A stretch of 35,907 nucleotides of DNA from Candidatus Saccharimonadales bacterium (lineage in GTDB: Bacteria; Patescibacteriota; Patescibacteriia; Patescibacteriales; UBA12465), in NCBI GenBank assembly GCA_035646675.1, contig DASROX010000025.1, forward strand, positions 1 through 35,907. Reading direction: 5' to 3'. Of this stretch, positions 9,094-15,984 are shown one piece after another. The notes below the pieces were generated by a model that saw only the letters and a list, made by a program, of their open reading frames with translations, was not told the DNA's origin and made no database searches. How positions within the stretch are numbered: the stretch's first letter is position 1; every line of letters begins with the position of its first letter. The position numbers and the translations under genes are program-made.

Positions 9094-9814
9094 TCTTAGC
9101 AATTTGTCTTCTAAAAATTAAAATTTTTAAAACAAATGACCAACTATCTTTTAAAATATTAATGTTACTTTTACTTTTTCCCTGACGATTTTCCTGCCAA
9201 GAAACGGGAATTTCTAAAATACGCGCGCCTATAAGTTCGGACAAAACTACTAATTCCGTATCTAAAAACCACAAATCATCTTTTAAAAACTTATCTATTT
9301 TTTGATAGACGCTTCGACTAATCGCTTTAAAGCCGCATTGTAAATCGCTTTTATCATGACCCATTATCACACGCGAAAAAAGAGCATAACTTTTAGAAAC
9401 CAAACCGCGTTGCCAAGAACGATTAGCAACCGCCCCAGGCATAAATCGCGAACCAACAACTAAATCTGCTCGCCCTTCTAGAATTGGATCTATTAACTGA
9501 CTGAGACTCATTAAAGAAACTGCTAAATCAGCATCCATAAAGGCCAAGACATCAGCATCGCTTTGACGCCAACAAGTTTTAATTGCCCGCCCCTTGCCTT
9601 GTTCGGTAATCTCTAAATAATCAATCTTATCAGGAAACCGATCTTTGAGCCGCCGTAATATAGTCGTTGAATCATCGTTTGAACCATTAACCGCGCCAAT
9701 AATTTTCCAGCTGTATTCCACCTTAAGATTCTCTAAGTAAGTTAAGAGCTTAAGCAAATTAACTTCTAAAACTTGGGTTTCGTTTTTTATTGGTATACAA
9801 AAATCAACTTTCAT
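9068..9814 (-). CDS. Family 2 glycosyltransferase (polyprenyl-phosphate sugar synthase-like)
   Basis: GT-A fold signatures: CIPIKNE, DDST, and FMDADL (DxD). Confidence 0.8.
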   Translation of the reverse strand: MKVDFCIPIKNETQVLEVNLLKLLTYLENLKVEYSWKIIGAVNGSNDDSTTILRRLKDRFPDKIDYLEITEQGKGRAIKTCWRQSDADVLAFMDADLAVSLMSLSQLIDPILEGRADLVVGSRFMPGAVANRSWQRGLVSKSYALFSRVIMGHDKSDLQCGFKAISRSVYQKIDKFLKDDLWFLDTELVVLSELIGARILEIPVSWQENRQGKSKSNINILKDSWSFVLKILIFRRQIAKIKKYLGNV

Positions 9815-9834
9815 ATTTAACTTCTAATTAATAA

Positions 9835-11418
9835 CTAGCGGCGAACATAAATTTTTGCCACGCTATCATCATAAACTAATTTCCACGCGCTCGCTTGTTC
9901 TAAATAGGTTCTTAACTTATTTTCAATAATTAAATCCTTATCTCTAATAATAAATAATATTTTTTCCCATTTTTTTACATTAGTTGGCTTATCAATCGCC
10001 TTGATAAGAATCGTTTGAATATTATATTTATCTAATTTAACTTGCAAATCTTCATCACCATGAAAAAAACTATTATATTCTTCAATAAACGTCTGACCGG
10101 CAAATTCTACTTGAGGTAAACGACCATCAATAAATATTTTGGTATTCGGTAACTGAGAAATTAAAAATCCGCCCCAACCATATTCATTAAAAATGTGGCC
10201 CGCTAGATGTTGAGGGTTAGATTGTAAAAATTCTACCGCCCCGCAAGGATAATCGGCGCAGAAATCAGTAAAAGGATAGGGGCGCGGCCGAATATCTACA
10301 ATTTGTGAAACACAAACTAATACCAAGCAGATTAATACTAAATATCTTAACCACTTATAATAAGTAATTTTTATTTCGGAAAAAAGATAACTATAAATCT
10401 CCACAATAAAACTAAAAGTAACTACTAAAAACAAGGGGAAATGTCGACGCGATTTAAAACTCAGAACCAAAAATACCAAAATTAAAAATAAAGGCCAAAT
10501 CTCCAATCCCCGCTTGGCTTTAAGACGATAATAGATATAGAATAAAGCGGCGGCAGTTCCGATAGCTAAATAAATAAGTTGGTTATAGTGAAATGGAAAA
10601 GAATATTGGGGTAACCATTCTTGAATCAATGATAAATAGGCTTTATTTTTATAACCCGCCAAAAATCCGTAGAGACCTACTTTATATGGAGTAAAAAAAG
10701 TAGCTAAAACAGAAACCAAAAGACCTAAAGAGAGAAGGCAAATTTTTTGTCTACTTATTAATTTAGAAAAATTAATAAATGACCAAAACTGACGCTGATA
10801 GACGAGCCGTTCACCAACTTTAACAGCAATAAAAGCAGCCACTAAAAATAAACCAATTAAAAAACTAGCATGTACACTAGCCCATAACCAAAAGAGGGGC
10901 GGTAAAAATAATAATGCACGCCAGTTGCCCTCACGTTCATAATAATTGAGAATTATTATAATCAATAAAATAAGCGGTAAGGCGAGCTCTTGTAATCTAA
11001 CGCCAAAATGAGGCATGGCCGCCAAAACTCCCAATAATTGCAGAGCAGCGCTTAACCAGAGCGGAATTTTATATTTACTTTGTTGAAACGCAAAAATATT
11101 TAATAAAATAAGCGTCAATACAATTAACAGTGCAAAAAAAATAACTAAAGCTTCATAACCGGCAAAGTTATAGACATGATAAAGCGCTAAATTACTAAGC
11201 CATTCGTGGTCAACCCAATTACCGGTATAGGTGTAGTTATAAATATTGGTACTCGGGACCTGTCCGCTTAAAGAAATATCCTGACCGACTTTTAAATGCC
11301 AACCAAAATCAGGATCTAAATAAGAAAATCCCCCGCGAATAATCAGCAAAAAAACCAGGAAATAGAATAAAATCCAGAAAAAACTAGCAAATTTACTTTT
11401 TTCCCCTCTTTTTAGCAT
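9835..11418 (-). CDS. Large polytopic membrane protein, possible GT-C type glycosyltransferase
   Basis: More than 10 hydrophobic segments followed by a soluble C-terminal domain. Sits next to the GT2 gene, as in ArnC/ArnT-type pairs. No motif recognised with certainty. Confidence 0.4.
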   Translation of the reverse strand: MLKRGEKSKFASFFWILFYFLVFLLIIRGGFSYLDPDFGWHLKVGQDISLSGQVPSTNIYNYTYTGNWVDHEWLSNLALYHVYNFAGYEALVIFFALLIVLTLILLNIFAFQQSKYKIPLWLSAALQLLGVLAAMPHFGVRLQELALPLILLIIIILNYYEREGNWRALLFLPPLFWLWASVHASFLIGLFLVAAFIAVKVGERLVYQRQFWSFINFSKLISRQKICLLSLGLLVSVLATFFTPYKVGLYGFLAGYKNKAYLSLIQEWLPQYSFPFHYNQLIYLAIGTAAALFYIYYRLKAKRGLEIWPLFLILVFLVLSFKSRRHFPLFLVVTFSFIVEIYSYLFSEIKITYYKWLRYLVLICLVLVCVSQIVDIRPRPYPFTDFCADYPCGAVEFLQSNPQHLAGHIFNEYGWGGFLISQLPNTKIFIDGRLPQVEFAGQTFIEEYNSFFHGDEDLQVKLDKYNIQTILIKAIDKPTNVKKWEKILFIIRDKDLIIENKLRTYLEQASAWKLVYDDSVAKIYVRR

Positions 11419-11471
11419 AAAAACGCTTATTTCAAGCTTAACTTTATTTATTTTATCATAGCTATTTTTAT

Positions 11472-11500
11472 TTGTCTTGTTAAAAAGAATATGCTAAAAT
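11472..11500 (+). promoter_or_regulatory. Sigma-70-like promoter of the pilin-like operon
   Basis: TTGTCT (11472-11477), 17-nt spacer, TAAAAT (11495-11500) with an extended TGc. The strong SD AAGGGGGTGA lies 6 nt before the ATG at 11549. Confidence 0.55.
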
Positions 11501-11548
11501 TAGAGATGTAAAATAAAATTATTAACATTTAAGAAAGGGGGTGAAAAT

Positions 11549-11932
11549 ATGAATAAAATTTCCAAACACTTAATTTCACTAGCTATCGTTTCCTTACTAG
11601 TCCTACCAGTCTTTGTTATGAACGCTCATGCGCAACCAAACTTCGGTATTAACGAAGTTAACAACGGATTAAACAACGCTCTTGCTGGTGGTGACCCAAG
11701 AGAAATGGTGGGCCGCATTATCAACGTCGCCTTAGGATTCTTAGGCGTAATTGCCGTAGTCATCATCTTAATGGGTGGTTTCAAATGGATGACAGCAGCT
11801 GGCAACGAGGATAAGGTTTCTGAAGCTAAAAAATTGTTGGGCGCCGGCGTTGTCGGTTTAGCCATCGTTTTAGCCGCTTGGGCTGTTGCTACCTTTATCA
11901 TCAATTCCATCTACAATGCTACTGCCGGTTAA
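11549..11932 (+). CDS. Secreted two-helix pilin-like protein, paralog 1 (T4SS-pilin / TrbC-VirB2-like core)
   Basis: Signal peptide ..NAHA|QP. Core LGFLGVIAVVIILMGGFKWMTAAGNEDKVSEAKKLLGAGVVGLAIVLAAWAV. The only gene in the array with a strong SD. Confidence 0.75.
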   Translation: MNKISKHLISLAIVSLLVLPVFVMNAHAQPNFGINEVNNGLNNALAGGDPREMVGRIINVALGFLGVIAVVIILMGGFKWMTAAGNEDKVSEAKKLLGAGVVGLAIVLAAWAVATFIINSIYNATAG

Positions 11933-11965
11933 TAGATATGTGGTTCTCATATTTGGTATGGGAAT

Positions 11966-12003
11966 CACTGGCTCAGGCGCAATTATTTGTGCTTGAGCCA
12001 GTG
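11966..12003 (+). promoter_or_regulatory. Intra-operon stem-loop after paralog 1
   Basis: cactggctcagg / cttgagccagtg forms a 12-bp stem (one G-U) with a 14-nt loop. No clean T-run follows. Confidence 0.6.
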
Positions 12004-12019
12004 AATAACTATCTTGTTT

Positions 12020-12424
12020 ATGAAGAAAAAAATCCTAGTTTTTTTGGTTTTGCCTTTATTTTTTTTGTTATCTTTCGGTTTTCTACTAATAATTCCCACC
12101 AACGCTCAAACTGTTGATCCGACTCTAACTGGACTTAACCAGACGGCCGTTCAGGTAGATGCTTTTAAAACTCAAACTAGCAGTAGCTACGCTGACTTCC
12201 TCCAAACTAAGGCTGGACAAATTGTCGGTGTAGTTTTATCTTTTGTCGGGGTTATCTTTTTAATCTTAATGATTTATGCTGGTATTACCTGGATGACCGC
12301 CTCTGGCAACGAACAACAAGTTGCTAAAGCCAAATCTTTAATGATAAATGCCACGATTGGTATTGTTATTGTCTTTGCCGCTTATGCCATTACTTCCTTT
12401 ATCGGAATCCAGGTTCTAAAATAA
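12020..12424 (+). CDS. Pilin-like paralog 2
   Basis: ATG at 12020 (the ORF-track start at 12014 is a TTG). Signal ..PTNA|QT. Core AGITWMTASGNEQQVAKAK between two hydrophobic helices. Confidence 0.75.
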   Translation: MKKKILVFLVLPLFFLLSFGFLLIIPTNAQTVDPTLTGLNQTAVQVDAFKTQTSSSYADFLQTKAGQIVGVVLSFVGVIFLILMIYAGITWMTASGNEQQVAKAKSLMINATIGIVIVFAAYAITSFIGIQVLK

Positions 12425-12429
12425 TAACC

Positions 12430-12825
12430 ATGAAAATTCCAACTATTAAAATTTTTAAATCATTGGCGTTAATTTTATTATTGGCGCCGATTTTTATTTC
12501 TGGTCATTTGGCTTATGGTCAAAGTTATGATTTTAATAAAAATAGTGGTTTAGATAATAGTGCGACAGTTGCCGGATTCGTCACTGGAGCCGCCGCCGCT
12601 ACGGTTGATAGTATAACCGGGCTAGTAATTTCAATGGTTTTAGGAATGATGGGCGTCGTCTTTTTGGTATTTATTATGTATGGCGGTTTTACCTGGATGA
12701 TTGCTGACGGCAATGAAGAAAAGGTTAAAAAAGCCACAAAAACGGTAATGAATTCTCTTTTAGGCTTAATTATTACTTTATCCGCCTATGCGCTAAGTAC
12801 TTTCTTAATCTATTATTTTCAGTAA
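12430..12825 (+). CDS. Pilin-like paralog 3
   Basis: Signal ..LAYG|QS. Core GGFTWMIADGNEEKVKKATK between two hydrophobic helices. Confidence 0.75.
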   Translation: MKIPTIKIFKSLALILLLAPIFISGHLAYGQSYDFNKNSGLDNSATVAGFVTGAAAATVDSITGLVISMVLGMMGVVFLVFIMYGGFTWMIADGNEEKVKKATKTVMNSLLGLIITLSAYALSTFLIYYFQ

Positions 12826-12827
12826 TT

Positions 12828-13247
12828 ATGAGAAAGTTTATTCAAATTACCAACATCATATTAACCTTCGTAATTTTTAGTTTTTTAGCCATTACAATTG
12901 TCAATGCTCAAGGGACCATATTAACAGACACTAAAAAAAATGAATACAATAATAAACTAAACGCTGTGAGCCAAGGGAGTGACACTTTTTCACAAACCGA
13001 TTCTTTAGAGACTTCCATTGCCATCGCTTTAAAAGTTGTGCTTGGTGCCCTAGGAGTTATTTTCATTGCCATGATGTTTGTGGCCGGTAATGAATGGATG
13101 CAAGCCGCTGGTAATGAAGAAAAAATCAAAAAAGCTCAGGAGCGTATTCAATCTTTAATTATCGGTTTAGTAATTATCTTACTAGGCTATGCTTTAAGCT
13201 CCGGTTTCTCAAAATTACTAACCAATGGATTGTCTCTATTAAAATAA
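12828..13247 (+). CDS. Pilin-like paralog 4
   Basis: Signal ..IVNA|QG. Core AGNEWMQAAGNEEKIKKAQE between two hydrophobic helices. Confidence 0.75.
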   Translation: MRKFIQITNIILTFVIFSFLAITIVNAQGTILTDTKKNEYNNKLNAVSQGSDTFSQTDSLETSIAIALKVVLGALGVIFIAMMFVAGNEWMQAAGNEEKIKKAQERIQSLIIGLVIILLGYALSSGFSKLLTNGLSLLK

Positions 13248-13267
13248 ATAGCCATTTCCAAAAATAT

Positions 13268-13663
13268 ATGAAAAACTTTTTAAAAACTTCCCTAGCCATT
13301 CTAACTTTCTGCCTATTGATTATGCCCTTTGCTGTCAGCGCTCAGAATTCAGGCAGTTCTACCGCTGATTCTCTTACTGGACACCTAGAAACAGTCGGTA
13401 ATCAAGCAGGATTCAATACTGATCCCGCAGTCGCTTCCACGCCGCGCATCGTTGGTGCAATCGTTGGCGCCTTCATTAATTTTTCCGGATTAACCTTTAT
13501 TGTGCTAATGATTATCGCTGGTTACGGTTGGATGACCTCTAATGGCAATGAGGAAAAGGTTAAAAAATCAACTGCCACCATTAAGGCCTCAATCATCGGC
13601 TTAATTGTTTCCTTATCAGCCTGGGTTATTTGGAACTTTATCTTTAAAACCTTAATCGGATAA
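13268..13663 (+). CDS. Pilin-like paralog 5
   Basis: Signal ..AVSA|QN. Core AGYGWMTSNGNEEKVKKSTA between two hydrophobic helices. Confidence 0.75.
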   Translation: MKNFLKTSLAILTFCLLIMPFAVSAQNSGSSTADSLTGHLETVGNQAGFNTDPAVASTPRIVGAIVGAFINFSGLTFIVLMIIAGYGWMTSNGNEEKVKKSTATIKASIIGLIVSLSAWVIWNFIFKTLIG

Positions 13664-13667
13664 CTAT

Positions 13668-14090
13668 ATGAAAAATATTAAAAAATTCGCGGTCACCATT
13701 TTCTCGCTCTTAATTTTGTTTCAAGTTTTTATAATATCACCAGTATCCGCTCAACTTTTAACAGATAGCTCAAGCTTAGATAAAATGACAATTGAAACTA
13801 AAAATGCCGCCGGACTGGGCGATATCAGTATTGGACAATTAGTCTCGCAAATTATTAAAGTTGTCTTAGGTTTTCTAGCAATTATTTTCTTAATCTTAAT
13901 TATCATGGCCGGCTTTAGATGGATGACTGCTGGGGGGAATGAAGAACAAATTAAAAAATCAACCGCAACTATTAAGGCGGCAGTAATCGGTTTAATAATT
14001 GTTCTCGCCGCTTATACTATTACCTACTTCATCTTCACCTATTTGCCTTTTACTAGTAGTGGCGGTGTCCAGGTCGGAACTAGCGGATAA
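13668..14090 (+). CDS. Pilin-like paralog 6
   Basis: Signal ..PVSA|QL. Core AGFRWMTAGGNEEQIKKSTA. Extra Gly/Ser-rich C-terminal tail SSGGVQVGTSG. Confidence 0.75.
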   Translation: MKNIKKFAVTIFSLLILFQVFIISPVSAQLLTDSSSLDKMTIETKNAAGLGDISIGQLVSQIIKVVLGFLAIIFLILIIMAGFRWMTAGGNEEQIKKSTATIKAAVIGLIIVLAAYTITYFIFTYLPFTSSGGVQVGTSG

Positions 14091-14116
14091 TCAAAAAAAT
14101 ATTTTTTCAAAATTAA

Positions 14117-14150
14117 AAGGGGGTATCAAAATGATACTCCCTTTATTTTT
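14117..14150. terminator. Bidirectional intrinsic terminator between the pilin-like operon and the convergent orphan gene
   Basis: aagggggtatc / gatactccctt forms an 11-bp stem (one G-U) with loop aaaat, flanked by an A-run and a T-run. Confidence 0.75.
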
Positions 14151-14176
14151 TGCTCTATGAGCACTTTTTTAGAATC

Positions 14177-15064
14177 TTAGAATCTTGGAGCGTAGACAAA
14201 ACCAAAACAAAGTTCGCCTTTGTAGCTGGCCGTCTGGCCATCTATAGTTAACAGCCTAGGCGCCCCCGAAATGTGACCATTAATATACAATTCAACTGTA
14301 TATTTCCCTGGCAGTAAATTATGAGCTTCACGTTTTCCTTGATCAACCACAATCGGCTTGCGAGCAATCCCGTTAACCGCTCTAACAATGAAACTAACTG
14401 GCTCAACATACATATTATCAAATATGACTCTGAGCCCGCCTTCGGAAACGGTTGGAATAATAGCGTGGTTCATATTATTTGCCACCGTAACAAGCACTAA
14501 ATCATTAACTTGTAATTCTTGAGAACGAGTACGACGACCATAATGTAAATTTGTTACCTCAGTCGGGATTCTCCGGTCATAAATGTCCGCTTTTTCTTTT
14601 AGTTCTTTTGCCGGTTTTAAAGCGACTAACTTAGTGATATCGGCAGAATTAGCCAATGCGGTTTTCTTGGAAGATTTCACTTCCATAAATTGAGCAATAA
14701 GTTCAGCTTTTTTGTCTTGCCAACTTTTTAAGAAATCCCGCTGGGCATCAATTTCTTCGTTGCTAGTTAAAGCATTGATTGAGTCGATTTGACTCTGAAG
14801 TCTAGTGGTTGCTTTTAAAGCATTTGCGATTTCTGTTTTGTCGTCAGAACGACTCCCAGCAATTTGCCATTTGCGATAATCGCGTTTCAGTTCTGCCAAT
14901 TGTTTGGCTTTTCCAGATTTAAAGTTTTTTTCTGATCTTTTCAAATCAGAAGAAATTTCTTTAATTTGACTTTCAGTCAAATTGATTTTTTCCTTCATTG
15001 TTTGCGAAAACCCTTGGCCAATGGTCGCTACAACCAATAAGGCCAAAATTACTAAATTTTTCAT
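14177..15064 (-). CDS. Secreted protein of unknown function (signal peptide, coiled-coil N-half, beta-rich C-half)
   Basis: MKNLVILALLVVATIGQGFSQ signal, K/E/Q-rich helical region to ~aa 165, then a beta-type segment ending ...CFGFVYAPRF. No family recognised. Confidence 0.5.
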   Translation of the reverse strand: MKNLVILALLVVATIGQGFSQTMKEKINLTESQIKEISSDLKRSEKNFKSGKAKQLAELKRDYRKWQIAGSRSDDKTEIANALKATTRLQSQIDSINALTSNEEIDAQRDFLKSWQDKKAELIAQFMEVKSSKKTALANSADITKLVALKPAKELKEKADIYDRRIPTEVTNLHYGRRTRSQELQVNDLVLVTVANNMNHAIIPTVSEGGLRVIFDNMYVEPVSFIVRAVNGIARKPIVVDQGKREAHNLLPGKYTVELYINGHISGAPRLLTIDGQTASYKGELCFGFVYAPRF

Positions 15065-15184
15065 GATTCTTATCTTTTTTTAATTGTGAATGTTCTATTT
15101 ATAATTTATTTTTAACTGCCCTTATTATATCATAATAAAAAGAATTTGTCAACTATTTGTCCACTTACTATCCCCAGATTAGGC

Positions 15185-15213
15185 TTGACTTTTTTCTATC
15201 TGTATGCTAAGTT
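15185..15213 (+). promoter_or_regulatory. Candidate promoter of the 3D-domain gene
   Basis: TTGACT (15185-15190), 17-nt spacer with TGc, TAAGTT (15208-15213). Confidence 0.45.
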
Positions 15214-15224
15214 ATTGAGTCAAG

Positions 15225-15273
15225 AAAATCCCAGCTTGATCATAATCACTATATGATATGCTAGGGATTTTTT
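15225..15273 (+). promoter_or_regulatory. Leader hairpin with terminator-like T-run in the 5' UTR of the 3D-domain gene
   Basis: aaaatcccagc...gct(a)gggatttt forms the outer stem and atcata/tatgat the inner stem, followed by ttttttattt; it lies about 20 nt before the ATG at 15295. Confidence 0.45.
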
Positions 15274-15294
15274 ATTTGGCTAATATTAAATAAT

Positions 15295-15912
15295 ATGAAA
15301 CTAATCCGAACCATTAGAGAGGAAATTGTTCCTCTTAGTAGAAAGCAGGGGGTAATTTTATTAATAATTATCGCCTGTATTTTCCAGTTTGTTCTCTTCT
15401 ATGCCCCGGCCTTAGCCGCCGATTCCGTTAAACCGGCCAACGCTAGTGTAAATGATGATGATTTAATGATTGCTAACGAAATAATGGTTAAAGATGGCAG
15501 CTCTCAGACAAATGTTGTAATCCTGACCGATAACGAATTAACTCCCGCTAAAGAAATTGTTATTGCCTCAGAAAGCGCTACCGCCTCTTCTACGGCTGAG
15601 TATACCGTAATTAGTACTAGCACCCATGTTATAACCGCCTACAACTCTGAGCCGGGGCAAACCGATAATTCGCCTTGTATAACCGCTAACGGCTTCAATG
15701 TCTGCGAACACGGTGAAGAGGATACTATCGCCGCCAACTTCTTAAAATTTGGTACTAAAGTCAAAATTCCGGAATTATTTGGTGACCGAATATTTGTTGT
15801 TCGTGATCGCATGAATAAGCGTCATGCCGATAGAGTAGATATCTGGATGGTTAATCACGGTGATGCTATAAAATTTGGCATTAAGACCGCCAAGATTCAA
15901 GTCCTAAAATAA
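15295..15912 (+). CDS. Membrane-anchored 3D-domain protein (MltA/YuiC-like double-psi beta-barrel, putative peptidoglycan-acting)
   Basis: N-terminal TM. C-terminus ITAYNSEPGQTDNSPCITANG...TIAAN...GTKVKIP...FVVRDRMNKRHADRVDIWM matches the 3D-domain Asp pattern. Confidence 0.7.
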   Translation: MKLIRTIREEIVPLSRKQGVILLIIIACIFQFVLFYAPALAADSVKPANASVNDDDLMIANEIMVKDGSSQTNVVILTDNELTPAKEIVIASESATASSTAEYTVISTSTHVITAYNSEPGQTDNSPCITANGFNVCEHGEEDTIAANFLKFGTKVKIPELFGDRIFVVRDRMNKRHADRVDIWMVNHGDAIKFGIKTAKIQVLK

Positions 15913-15934
15913 ATAATTTTTAAATTAAGATATT

Positions 15935-15967
15935 AAAAAACGTTCCTGAATTTCAGGAACGTTTTTT
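15935..15967. terminator. Bidirectional intrinsic terminator (3D gene / ppsA convergent)
   Basis: aaaaaacgttcctga att tcaggaacgtttttt, a perfect 11-bp stem. Confidence 0.8.
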
Positions 15968-15984
15968 ATATTTCCTCAAGTATT

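Noticed and set aside
11626-13129. Antisense ORFs within pilin-like genes (11626-11910, 12525-12737, 12908-13129) and the +2-frame ORF 11878-12117
   Set aside because: They overlap well-supported paralogous genes, have no start context and show no conservation between paralogs in those frames.
15214-15294. c-di-AMP (ydaO) riboswitch upstream of the 3D-domain gene
   Set aside because: The leader is only ~80 nt, AT-rich, and lacks the pseudo-symmetric ACGGGGA/CCCGA-type conserved cores.
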